NCBI GenBank assembly: GCA_977016875.1
Contig: CDRNST010000215.1
Coordinates: 1,178,001 to 1,242,000, forward strand
Length of the DNA stretch: 64,000 nucleotides
DNA from: Pavona decussata
Lineage: Eukaryota
Direction: 5' to 3'
How positions within the stretch are numbered: the first letter of the stretch is position 1; every line of letters begins with the position of its first letter. Position numbers and translations under genes: made by a program. A model generated the notes under the pieces. That model was not told where the DNA came from. It worked only from the letters and a program-made list of their open reading frames with translations, and did not search any database. Positions 23,301 to 34,190 of this stretch are shown here, in pieces.

Positions 23301-25464
23301 AAGCACCACATTTACCGGCTAGGTCATCGTAAAGCTCCTCTCCTCCCTCATCTGTGTTAGGCACAGGTGCAGGAATAGGTATCCCACCTTTAGGTGGACG
23401 TGGTGGGGGCTTGCCAACTCCAGACTGTTCACTTTGCAAACCAAGTTGTGTTATTAAATTCTTGAACTTTTCTGCAAGCGATCGGCGTTCTTTCTCGGCT
23501 GGAGGTGATAGTTTCTCCTGCGCCAATGTGACTGAAAGAAACTTATCAGCATCTGAAAAACAACAGGAAAAATCAAGATTCTCAAACATTTAGACTTTGA
23601 TTGTCCAGATGTTTCTCTGTGTTCCTAAATTGTTTATCAATTTTAATCCTTTAAGCCTCAATACTGAACAACATTATCAAATGACTGATAAGCATATCTA
23701 CAGGTGGCCAAAACATTAATTTTTCTGTACTTGGCTATTGTAGGTCTACAGCTGAGTGTTTGAGTAGAAGCTTTGTATAAAAGTGGAGGTGTCTTAAAGG
23801 AACAGTATCATAGAAGATATCATGATTTGGGGCAAAAATTCACTAAATTTAAACTTTGAACACTGTGAATTAATTCTAAATCACTAATTTAGTGATTTAG
23901 AATTAATTCACAGTGTTCAAAGTTTAAATTTAGTGAATTGAATTAATTCTAAATCACTAATTTAGTGATTTAGAATTAATTCACAGTGTTCAAAATTAAA
24001 ATATAGTAAATTTTTGCCCAAAATCATTTAATAGTGATTCTACTGACTTGAGACGGAAGGTTGAACCAAAATGTAGTACAACCGATATTTAGTGCATTAT
24101 GACAGCAAAAATTGAAAATGTCACCCTGATGTTTTCAAATTTGAACCCATTTTTATTTCGGTCACCTGCAGGCGAAAATATCCGTGTATAGTTTCTTTGC
24201 ATTCTGATAGTCTTTTAATGAAATTTTGGTCATTATATTTTGGCTGCTGTCAACCGAAAAGCATCTTTTAGATTTTCAAAATGTTACTAAAAATAGCATG
24301 ATACTGTCCCTTTAAAGGTGCACTGTCACAGAGATTTTGCTGTACGTGGGGTTGAAACTGCTCAAATATTTGACTACAGAAAAAACCTCTTTTGTAACAT
24401 GAAATTACCCTTGGAGCACTGGGATGAAAATATGAAATGATTTCTCAGAGGAAGAATAAACTATAATTAGCAATTTTTCCAAAATACTCAGGAGAAACTT
24501 GAAAAAATTAGCCAATTTTTTCAAGCTGCAATCCATTTCCATCCTATCCATCTGCAGTAAGAGATGAATGACACTAGTTTCTGTGCACTTGCAGTGTTAT
24601 TGTTAACAAAACAGAAACATCATTTGCATGTTTACAACCATATAAATATGATTTTTGGCTATTCAAAGTGACACCAAAAATAAGTGACACTGCCCCTTTA
24701 AATATTTATGCAAAATAATGATCATGGGTCATGCACAAGTGGTCAATAAATAATTTTATTATTTGCTATTAATAGTAGGACAATTGAGCATTATGCTCAA
24801 ACGACCGATATAATAGTAATTACTCACCAGCAAAATACCTTATATCTACAACAAGGAAGTTTGGTTAATGTTCAAGGCCTTACAAGGTTTCCCTTCAGTC
24901 TTCATTATGTTCAGAAATTTCCTGTTTTTGTTATTTGTGAGCATGGTAAATAATACAAAACTTGAAATGTAATGATGCTGTGTATTTTGTTCTTGCAATT
25001 GTTGCTAATATGCAGTGAAATAGAGTTATTTATTACCTTTATGAAAAGTGCCAGGACATAGAAAACTTACACAGGGAAAAGAAATAACTCAGGAAGATCT
25101 ACGTACTACATATACATAGTTTTTAGCAATAAACTGCATTCGTCATGCATGTAATAATTATATATGTGAGGGTACGGTGTAACTTAGCGAAGAAACTACT
25201 GTTCTCATCTTATCCTTCTCCTTCAATAGTGCATACACTTTACTGGTGGACAATTTTCCCTTGTTATATGTCCCTTTCAAATTAGCATCAAACAAATTAT
25301 TGTGGAAATTCGACCCGAAGATGTTAACTGCGTGCAACGTTCAAGTTCAGAACACAACGCGTGCTTTAAATCACCCAGTCGAATCGTCGAAGAACAACAA
25401 CAAAATACAATAAAAACTTACTTAACACAGCTTCTTTGACGTCTTTGTTGACTGGTTCCATCAT
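10154..25464 (-). CDS. SKAP2: Src kinase-associated phosphoprotein (SKAP1/2)-like adaptor: dimerisation helix, acidic Tyr region, PH, Pro-rich region, SH3 (8 exons, ~668 aa)
   Basis: Exons (minus) 25464-25422, 23552-23316, 22636-22358, 21211-21041, 20783-20563, 17156-16805, 15931-15542, 10467-10154; GT-AG, total 2007 nt. N-terminus DVKEAVLNADKFLSVTLAQEKLSPPAEKERRSL resembles the SKAP dimerisation domain; PH domain (KKGVLNKHRK..WQKRYCVVRNHVLYYFKD..ETEEWILAIQKA); SH3 (YQALWDC..DELGFRRGDLIYI..WWIG..GLVPKDYV). Exon 3 and 4 acceptors have nearby in-frame alternatives. Confidence 0.85.
10554..10870. repeat. Tandem repeat, ~3 copies of a ~104-bp unit
   Basis: agctttcatttgaatggtcaca..ggatttcatcca..gtacagcataataaacagcaccataggaaag recurs at ~10555, ~10661 and ~10763; a degenerate reverse copy lies at ~61420-61500. 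Confidence 0.85.
11487..11688. mobile_element. TTAA-flanked piggyBac-like MITE
   Basis: ttaacctttt...aaagggttaa ends; an inverted, diverged relative lies at 21463-21660. Confidence 0.55.
12544..13271 (-). CDS. Coding exon with three tandem CXC (MSL2/tesmin-like, 9-Cys) domains; candidate alternative terminal exon of the SKAP-like gene, or part of a nested gene
   Basis: Open frame with 3x GCxCG-x(n)-C-x(n)-CPC-x6-C-x3-CxC-x2-CxN; acceptor tgCTAATcaaattccttgcacgtttcactttAG|AT at 13272/13271 with branch-point-like CTAAT; phase 1 matches the donor at 15542. Confidence 0.7.
13404..13586. mobile_element. pogo/Tc1-like MITE
   Basis: TIRs cagttgaatctctgtaagcgacca / tggtcgcttacgagagaatcaacta. Confidence 0.6.
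17667..18184 (+). pseudogene. Truncated transposase N-terminus (HTH) with in-frame stop
   Basis: ORFs 17622-17915 and 17970- are in the same frame, split by TGA at 17913; PGRPAFDIPAELLEDLLGLGFTYTRIAEMLGVSRWTISRRIKDYGL is a typical transposase HTH. Confidence 0.7.
18439..19424 (-). mobile_element. 5'-truncated CR1/L2-group LINE inserted in the transposon right arm
   Basis: ORF 18801-19280 (IYQSLIVPYITYGLISWG..ILVLQKRALRLI..AFSRVGVKIWNRIP) matches the RT C-terminal region; AATAAA followed by a (TTG)n tail at 18439-18467. Confidence 0.85.
20141..20329. repeat. Microsatellites (TATC)n at 20141-20166 and (TCAA)n at 20256-20329
   Basis: Directly visible. Confidence 0.95.
21258..21325 (-). pseudogene. 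Degenerate tRNA-like sequence (SINE head or pseudo-tRNA, AGT anticodon loop)
   Basis: Minus strand tagctcagtgttagagtatctgaaCTAGTAAtcagacggtcacagtttcaactcctg; A and B boxes both mutated. Confidence 0.45.
21463..21660. mobile_element. piggyBac-like MITE, inverted relative of 11487-11688
   Basis: cccctgaggtcatgagaattaag and gataagagaatttgttctttgat are reverse complements of segments of the first copy; ends aaagggttaa. Confidence 0.55.
23798..24311. mobile_element. Kolobok-like MITE (TTAA TSD) containing a perfect palindrome
   Basis: ttaa|aggaacagtatca...tgatactgtccct|ttaa. Confidence 0.7.
24316..24697. mobile_element. Second Kolobok-like MITE sharing the TTAA at 24312-24315
   Basis: ttaa|aggtgcactgtcac...gtgacactgcccct|ttaa; a partial relative lies at ~36040-36190. 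Confidence 0.7.
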
Positions 25465-25687
25465 GAGTTCGTTACAATTAGAACCAAAAGCGACTGATAG
25501 CGTTTTAATACTCCATAAAACCCGTCTTGCCCTCCATTTCGCTGAAGCACCGGTTACCGCAAAGCATCATAGGTAAAAATCAGGGTAAAAATAATTTCCT
25601 CGTGCTCAATCCCCCTTCGGCCTTTAAGAACTTTTCCCGGAAAATAGGAACAAGTTTAATTCCGAGAATTTTTAAATCTTGAAGAAA
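25465..25687. promoter_or_regulatory. Putative bidirectional promoter between the SKAP-like and DXO-like genes
   Basis: Only 223 bp separate the two divergent inferred ATGs. Confidence 0.55.
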
Positions 25688-28600
25688 ATGTCAGCTTCCA
25701 GGATCCCCGATCCATTGCAATTCTGCATCGTTTCAGCCTACCAATCCATAGCTAGAAAACCAGCGAGTTACTTTCATAGCGAGTTAGGTTACTTTTCCAT
25801 CGATCAAGATAGATTTTTCCTGTCGAACAAATCCAAACTCAGCACCTTGAACCTCCCGCAGGACTGCAAACATCTCGACATAGACCTGAACGCGGGATTC
25901 GAAGAATGGAAGAACTTGCCGAATGTTCAGCAACACCTGGATTCCATGTTGCTCTGGATTTTGCTCAACAAGGAAAAAATGACAGTTGCAGATCTTGGGT
26001 ACTGTACTGTATTGCTATATTCAAGTTTCATGTTGTTACACTATGCACGATATATTTACATGTAGAAACACCTCCACCGGGACGAACGTGGAGAGGACGA
26101 CTTTCCTCGCGCGTTATTCACTCGCAGAACGGAGATCATCTTTTCCTTTTAGAAACGACGCCGAAGTTTTAATACTCATAGTAGTATCGGGCGCTCTATC
26201 TAATCCGTGCCCCCACCCCCTCCTCCCTTCTAGCGCTGGCATTCTGGGTAGTACTGTTGATCCTCCACGCACGTAATTGTAGCGCAAGAGGAAGAGTTTC
26301 CGGAAATCGAGTTTTTCGATCGTTTTAGCGTTTTCACACCAAAAATGAAGGTACCGGCGAATCAAAGTTCCTAGATTCTTCACGATCCAAAAATTTTTGA
26401 ATAAACTTCTGAATCCACAACATTTTATTGTGTAATCGGGTTTTTCAGTGAGTCCAGTTTGAAGGTCTTGGCGTTATCAGATCGTCAATTTTTGCCAATC
26501 TAGTTGGTGATAAAGAAAATAAAATTCCTTGGAGCGGTTGCAATCTTTTCTTCATTATATCGGTGGGAAAAAACGTTCAAAACGCAATTGAAAGGGGTTT
26601 TGAACACTTGTCAAACGTGTTTTAAACGCGTTTCACTGCTAATGGGCTGTACACTATGGGATCAGTTAGGACAAATTTTCATCCGAATACTATACAATCT
26701 AGTGTTTGGTGTTATTTTCATCCGAATATGGTTATTGGACTAATTTTCTTCGTAACACTACACACTCTGCTTTTTAGCCTAATTTTCATCCTAATATTAT
26801 ACCGAAAGTAACGCTCCCCGAAAGTAATATTAACTTTTTACCTTTATATTAAATCCCGAAAGTAACGGTAAGTAACGATCCTCCCGAAAGAAACGGTCCC
26901 TCCAAAATGACAACTCATAAAGAAATATATGTTGTATTGATTACAACGTTCCACCTGTCGCGATAGGTGCTTACAGCTACAATTGGGCAGTGATTTGAAA
27001 ATGTTTTGTATTTAATTTACATCGAATTTCAACATCTACCTCCCGTTTTAGCAGGGTACTGAGTTTCATCAATGAACATTGCATGAAATAGCCAGAACAT
27101 GTGAAAACTTGTTACGCTAATACCACACAAGTAAATCGAGAAGGTACTCTGTGGTACCTCGTAGATCATCATTTCCTCATCGTACCATGCTTTCTCCTGT
27201 ATATTTTTATTTCATATTACGCGTCATCTTTTAAAATTATTAATGAATTACAGACGTTTTTTAACTATCCGAAAGTAACGGCTACCCAAATATTGAATAT
27301 TGAATATTGAATATTTAGGCCTGCTAAATTAAATCCGAAAGTAACGGGGGCCGTCACTTAAAGAATTCTGCGGTATACTGTGACTTTTGGCCTAATTTTC
27401 ATCCTTATACTATATACAGTACTTAGATTTTTGGCCTAATTTTCATATTAACTTGGTTTGAAAGTTACCATCACTTTTCCGAGAGGTACATTTTGGCTTC
27501 AGTTGAGATGTGCAGATGGGTTCCTCTTTTTCAAGGTCTTTTTCAACTCGACCTCAGTGACATCCCTTTGTTATTTTGACGTCTCCAGGCTTAATGTTGA
27601 CTTCGTCACGTCACGTGGAAACCTTGCACGCATGCTCAACGCCATGGGCGGCCAAAACAGTAAAGGTTGGAGTATGCTGGCAACACGGTACCGGGACACG
27701 GTATATCTGAGCCATATTGAAAATGACAGCGATAAAGATCAGTCTCTCTTTGGACAGAGGGTGTGCTACTGGGGGAAAAGATTTGAAAAGGAGGTTACCA
27801 TACCAGATTGCGGTGAAAGGCTTGAAAGCGACCATGAAACGGCGAGACATGGGCCCATCAAAGCCTACCCAGGGTTCTTTTCAGTGGTGCGATTTCAGCT
27901 GGAAGACCACACAATAGTTTTGCGAGCGGAAGTAGACGCGCAAACGCAAGTTGATCAAGTCAACGAAGAGGTTTGGTTTGTATTTTCTTGGTTAAATTAT
28001 ATATGGCGTATGTATTTCAATTAAGGATGTTCAAAGCACTTGGTGAACCTCAAATGAGATGAAGGCAGTATACTGTGCCAAAAATTGGCTGTAAAATACA
28101 ACCAGAATTAAATTCAAGGAGCAACAAAACTCTGAGAGCGAGTGAGTGACCCACAGTGGTGGACAAAAGCTGAAGAGCTGGGGTTAAAAGTTACAACGTG
28201 TTATTATCAATCTCTAATCATCATGATGAATGAATTCTTATATACCGCACATATTACCAAGTCTCATGGCGGTTTACATTTCTATGGGGTGAGATCGGAC
28301 GTCAGCATGTGAAGGCGCCTCTGGCAGTTGCTATCGGTCCACATTAGATCTCACCCACCCACCCACTCAACCCAAGCATGAGTGTGAAAGATAGAAGGCC
28401 AGACCACAACACCGGGAACTACGTCTCCTACTCTTGCGAAAAGTGTGTGGGTTCTTTAACGTCCCACAAAGTTATTATGAACAAGGGTTGTGAGACGGGA
28501 CCTACGATTTATCGTCCTTATCCGAGAAGACTAGAAAGTCTAACCATTTGCAGATGTCATCAGTAGTACGATCTGACCAGGAAGCAATGCTATCCAGAGG

Positions 28601-30671
28601 GGGGTGAATAGGTCTACGGATCGGCGAATTTGGTAAATATTTTAGCCCGGATTCTGGATTCAGAGCAAAATTTTAACGGATCTGCGGATCCTATGATCAC
28701 AGCGGATCGCGGTTTTATCCAGTTTTGGGGCGCGGATTTTGGATTTTGCTTGTTAGGAAGTTCAAGTTTGTTCTTTTTACTCGCATCTGCAAGATTTTGT
28801 TTCGATACAGAGGTTGGTTACATAATACCCTGCGAGCAGATGCGCTTCGAAGATGGAAGGACCTCTGCTCGCCGGGTAGTTACATAAATATTTCGTTGAT
28901 AGTCATCCTCAACGCTAAAACACAATATCACGCAAGGCAACTCCAACAACTGAAGTCGCTTTGTATCTCGCGTATCATCCAACGCGGCAAACAATTTGCG
29001 GATTCGGATTTAGTTGATTTTTTAAGCGGATCGACGGATTCAGCCATTAATTTTAGCGGATCGCCGGATTTACATACCCCTATTCACCCTCCTCTATCCA
29101 TTTTCGATCACATTGTACTTCCCCACCCTCTCACCCAAGACAATGTTGAAGTGCACAGAGTATCGTCGGTACACGGGATCAACATTGTAAGGGGGTGGGG
29201 GTTGGGGGATGGGTAGTTTTCATTTCTGTCTGCATAAATGTTTCTGTTGCCGGCATAGGAAAATAACGTAAATGAGAATTTGTCCCTAAACTTTTGTCCT
29301 TGATTGTAGGTCATATTTTGTTCTTTTAATTACTTTCAGAGTCAAGGTGAACAGCATTCAGAATACGTGGAACTCAAAGTAACAACTGAAACAATAGTCC
29401 GTGCTCATTGGGCCTTCAACCAAAAGAGGTTGGTACCCTGGTGGTGTCAGTCAGTCGTGGCCGGTACCCCGCTCATTGTGTATGGCACCAGAGACTACTA
29501 TGGCCACGTGAAAGCCATCCAAGGGATTAGAACTGACGAGATTCCTGACCGTGTTGGGTTGGAAAATCTTGACAAAGACAAGTACTTGCTGTTTCTGAGT
29601 GATATGCTTTCTTGGATCAAGAACAGTGTCTGCGTCGAAGAAGATGGAACTGTGTATATGATTGAGTGGGATCCCAACTCGCAAGGCACGGGCGTGACAG
29701 CGAAAGTGTTACCGCGTGACCTGGACAACGCATTCCTGCGTGACTGGTACATCAACGAGATGGAGGATTATTACGCAGGTTGGCGAAGAGAGCAGCAAAG
29801 GAGTTCAGAGAATCAAGTGCCTAGAGCCTCCATTCCACGTGACCGTCGTTCTCCTTGTTTGGCGACCACTGGTCATGAAAAACGCAGGCTCTTAGAACCT
29901 GATTGGATTAAGAAAGAAGAGACAGAAGAAATGGGAGAAACACAGAGAAAACAAGAAATGAAGATGGACCTTATGAACAGACGCTTTGAGGAATCTTGGC
30001 CGAGAACAACAACATCAGTATTCCAGTCCGTCGATGATCTCCGTTTTCAACATGAAAGCCTTGCAGAAGAGTCGATTGAATTTAGGACCGCAAATGCCGG
30101 AGAAAGGAGCATGCGCGATCTTGAAATGCCGCGTTCAAGAGAAAGGGGTGCTCAATATCAACAGTCCAGGTCTTCAGGTTTTTATGAAGCTGATTTTGAG
30201 CGAACAACTCTTGCAACTGATGATCCGCGAAGCTGGTCAAAAAGCGACGCTGTGGAAAGAAGAGATCGCAAGAGAGAATGCTCAAAACCAAGGAAAGAAG
30301 ATCACGATAGAAAACGAAGGATGTCACCATTGGCTGAAGATGAGAAGTTTGATCGTGATCAACAAATATCTCGATTTCGCGGCCCACCATCACCATACTC
30401 TCGGGGAAACAGGAGAAAGGCGTTCGATGAAACGCGCACTGGAAGACGTAAAGAACAAGACCAACCACGCATGCGACACAGAACGCAGTCGGGAAGGAGA
30501 GCTGAAGGTTCTCGTCCCTGGAGGTCCAAAGCCATCTCTTCGCTCTGTGATAAGCAACTATCGTCCAACACAGGAGCTAAAAGAGTTAAGCGCGATGAAG
30601 AGTACGATGGACGGAGACCTCGTCACCGCAGATCTTCGAGGCGTGGTATCCGCACAAGAACTGCTTACTAA
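25688..30671 (+). CDS. DXO: DXO/Dom3Z/Rai1-family decapping exoribonuclease with ~300-aa charged C-terminal extension (3 exons, ~674 aa)
   Basis: Exons 25688-25998, 27589-27970, 29340-30671 (2025 nt; intron phases 2 and 0). Motifs ELGYFSID, DLNAGFE, HLDSMLLWI, DFVTSRGNL, YWGKRFE, AEVDA, YVELK, WWCQS..G..GTRD, FLRDWY. Confidence 0.85.
28225..28562 (-). mobile_element. SINE (5'-truncated; core resembles the Meta domain)
   Basis: Minus strand cttctcggataaggacgataaatcgtaggtcccgtc..gtgggacgttaaagaacccacac, ending in a (ttca)-type tail; family assignment from memory. Confidence 0.55.
28597..29094. mobile_element. MITE with GAG..CTC termini and 6-bp TSD
   Basis: tatcca|gaggggggtgaatagg...cctattcaccctcctc|tatcca; many cggat subterminal repeats. 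Confidence 0.8.
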
Positions 30672-30793
30672 GTTAACAAAGCCGAAACAGCAACTGCTTT
30701 TTTTCCTGCGTACAGACTCCAAACATGTCTAATAGACTCGAATATCGTGTCCGAATGATGACTGAATCAGGAACTGGGGTTGTGGGTTAGTTA

Positions 30794-30866
30794 TAGGATG
30801 GGATGGGACAGGATAAATGGGATAGGATGGGAATAGGTGGAACGAGATAGGATAGGATAGATGGGA
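30794..30866. repeat. Degenerate (GGATR)n pentamer repeat
   Basis: Directly visible downstream of the DXO stop. Confidence 0.8.
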
Positions 30867-31115
30867 CTTCTGGACAGGGTACTTTCTTAGTGGCATCCCA
30901 GATTAGTGATGGGGTCCCAATCTAGTTTTGTCTGGGTTTACCTGATAAACACCGACAAACTTGAACGATATAGAAGTATAGTGAAAGCTATGGCGTCAAA
31001 TTTGAACAAGCAAAATTTCTTTTATTTTTCTCCCGGTGGGTTCTGTTGGGTGATCGGAAATAAAACATGAAAAATATACAGGTAACTTCAAGTAACAACA
31101 CACGGTTTTAAGTTT

Positions 31116-31156
31116 GAAATACACGTTTCGGATGACCTACATCTATCTTCAGTTTC
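31116..31156 (-). ncRNA. Minimal type I hammerhead ribozyme-like motif (Penelope-type), probably mutated
   Basis: Minus strand gaaa-CUGAAGA-u-agaug-uaggu-caucc-GAAAC-gu-GUA-uuuc. Confidence 0.5.
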
Positions 31157-32094
31157 GAATGAAAATAGCAACCGTGTGTTGTGTGAAGATTATCTCTTGC
31201 CTGCTGTTATTCCGTAAATACAGGTAGCTCATAGTCATGCGTTACAACCGGAGGTGAGAACGGCCCCGGGTTAATTGTTTGAAAGAGCAATAACGCTTGC
31301 AAAAGAACAAATATAATTATTATCTTTTTATTTTATATAAATAAGGCATGTTTAGACAGCTAGAACTGTCGTCGTCAGTAACATTACTATTGTGACATTT
31401 TGATAAAGTTAACTGTACAACAAGTGAAATAAATCGAAGATAAAGCAAGTTATCTATTATGATGCTCATTAGAATACCATCAACTTAAAGACAAATTCAT
31501 ATATGAATCAGTTTGTGTTTTTTGTAGGGTTGGAGGGCATTGGAAGTTAGTTTTCGATTTCAAGTCACTTCAGCTTGTTCAGCGTTTGAATTTTCGTGCA
31601 GACTGAAGCAAACATCAGAAAAATGGTCACTGAATTCATATCCCCACTCTGCTTCCACTCTGATGAGCATCGGTGTGAAGGATAAGATCTAAGTTCTGAT
31701 AGCAATCGTGTTCACAATTCGCATTATAATTTGCAAAGGTCATACCGGCCAATGCACTTTCATTTCCTGGCATTAAAAAACTGATGTAACGTTTCTTGGT
31801 CTAATGTTATTACCTCGTCCAAGTTATGCCGAATGTCGAGCCACGTCGTAAGTAGAAGAAGAAAGATCATTTCAAGCTGACTATGCCATCAAACTCTCTT
31901 TTGCGGGCACCCGGCGACTTGAACAGTTACCTCGTTATCACGGACATTACCAACACAATCAAAACGGACACTTTTTCTCCTCTTAACGTTGTTTGAGTGT
32001 AACAACATGCAGATCTAATATGTGAACTTGGCCTCCCCTAAGAGTCAGGTCAGTTTCAGTTGAATTAGACAAAGACGATACTGAGTACTCCTCC

Positions 32095-32335
32095 GGCCCC
32101 AGTTGTTCAAAGGCCGGATAACTTTATCCAGTGGATAAGTCACTATCCGATAGTTTCAATCTGTGCAAAGATTACAGTATTTCCTCGTGTACCAGCGAAT
32201 ATGCACACTCTAACCACAGTTTAGTTTAGGAGTGTACGAAAACCTTGGACAACGTTTAACGTGAAGTATATTTTAGACCCCGAATAGTGCCTTATCCAGC
32301 GGATAAAGTTATCCGGCCTTTGAACAACTGGGGCC
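32095..32335. mobile_element. MITE with ~45-bp TIRs
   Basis: ggccccagttgttcaaaggccggataactttatcc / ggataaagttatccggcctttgaacaactggggcc. Confidence 0.85.
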
Positions 32336-32469
32336 TGATAGCTAATTTACTTTATGAGAGATCTTCATCACCTCTTCAGTTGAACAAACTTGCTTGGCAT
32401 GCAGATCAGTTCAATGTTATGGCATTAAGTTAATCTGGTCAAAACGTTTAGGCGGTCTTCTGCATGGTA

Positions 32470-33757
32470 TCACTTAGTCAGTGTGAATGTTGCTTTTATA
32501 GCTTGCCTCAGGGAAGCATTTCTCCAGATTTGAATCACGGGGTTGAAAGAGGACACGAGATAGGTAATAGTATTTGCCCAAGGAAACAAGACATTGGATG
32601 TGAGGATATTTTGTTCCAGATTCAGTAGCAATAGTATGGGTAGAATAGACAATAGCGTTGCTACAGTGTAAATAGTCATGTCTGTGAAGGCCTTTTTCTC
32701 TCTTTTGAAGACGATAGCTTGTTGAGAATTGTGAGTAACGTTCAAGATCTTTCTGTTGTTAGTGCGCATCACAAGGAAGGTAAGAATATGTCCACCAATG
32801 GGGAAAGCAATCAGTAGGATCATAGTGACGTTTTCTATTGGTTGATAAACCACATAGGGCAGTGCAGTCTCTACAATAATGACGTAAGCGAACCAAGCAA
32901 TCCATGTCACAACCACGGTCTTTATCATACCTGAAACAAAATTTTGCTCCACATTAAATCAAATTAGATCCACGGGCGAACTTACAGATTTACTAGGAAA
33001 CCCTCAATCTTGTTCCCAGAGTCTTATCTCTTCCACCCGCGAGAGAGGAAGAGATGACCCTTGGAACGAGGCTGGGAAACCCTAACGGTCATATGGTTGT
33101 TTTTTTTTTAGCAAGCTTGGAAGTGTTAATTACGTTTCTCCTGTAAATTACTTGAGAGAGTCCTCAAAAACTGGTTTGCCCATACATAACCCTGTAAATT
33201 CCCATGATACAGTACAATCTAACAATCCTTCATCTCATGTATATTGCTAAAATGGATTCCAACATACCTTTCATTGTGATACATGTCGAATAGGTGATTG
33301 GCTTATACACGGCATACAGCCTCTCCAAGCTTGTTATTGCCAAGTTCACGAAGGTACAGCCGACCAACAGGAATGGAAGGGACTTACTGGCTTGACGAAG
33401 GTGTACCAATTTGCAGGGGTCCGCGACGTGATGCAATAAAAAGCGCCACAATGCGTGCACTGGCTGAGCTACCAGGCCAGTGAGACAATCAGCAGCCGTC
33501 AGGCTACACAGCAACACGTAGACTGGACGGTGAAGAGAAGGTGTGCGAATGATGGTTATTATGACAGCAAGATTAACCAGGAATGCAAAGGCGCCAAACG
33601 AAATGTTAAAAATCGTTACTGTAACGTCACTAGCGTACACATACTGGACGCCTATGGCGTTGAGTGTCGAAGAAGGCAGGCAATGTGAGGATTGCCCGTA
33701 ATTAGGTAATGTACTGTTTGACGAGTTGCTTAGGTTCTCATTTTTGCTTTTGTCCAT
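32470..33757 (-). CDS. Rhodopsin-class (class A) GPCR, melanocortin/adenosine-receptor-like orphan, paralogue A (~316 aa)
   Basis: Exons 33757-33268 and 32930-32470 (951 nt, phase 1); N-glycosylated N-terminus, TM1 VN, LHRP..LLCSLTAADCLTGLVAQP, TSLERLYAV, NPVIQ. Confidence 0.88.
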
Positions 33758-33885
33758 CTTTGTTATCTTTTCTCCCGTCCTCAGTGAAGTGTTCGATGAT
33801 GTCAGATTCAATACTTCAATGCTTTTATTTCCTAGAAATGAACGAAAATCCAGTTAAAAATGGGCTACCCACTACAACAACTAAT

Positions 33886-34190
33886 GTGAGGTGCGGTGGT
33901 TTAGGTTGTTAGCGCGTCAGACTTTCGATCTAACGGGCGGACGGAAGATAGGAGGGTTGGTGGTTCGAGGTAAGGTTGGTCTCTTTATTACTGTATTTTT
34001 TTCTTAGACAAGAAACTTTGCACCACATTGTCTCTCTTCTTTCTCTTCACCCAGGTGTGTATTTAAATGGGTATCGGCAACATACTGCTGCCGTGGGTAA
34101 CCCTACGATGGACTAGCATCCCATCCAGGGGGAGTAGCAATACTCTAAAGTGCTTCATGCTACAGAAACCACAAGGCCATAAGCCCTGAC
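33886..34190 (+). mobile_element. tRNA-derived SINE with Nin/Deu-like core
   Basis: A/B-box-like head (ggtggtttaggttg..ggttcgag), then cacccaggtgt..aaatgggta..ggtaaccctacgatggactagcatcccatccagggggagtagcaatactc..gcttcatgctacagaaacc. Confidence 0.7.

Noticed and set aside
29986-30732. Overlapping 248-aa alternative-frame ORF and antisense ORFs over DXO exon 3
   Set aside because: TTG start, no recognisable motifs; shadow ORFs of a coding exon
31655-31690. ctgatgag..gaag hammerhead-like string
   Set aside because: No GAAA and no convincing stems I/III
33758-33811. TTG-initiated extensions of the GPCR ORFs (also 42714-42773)
   Set aside because: Non-ATG starts from the ORF finder; downstream ATGs are preferred
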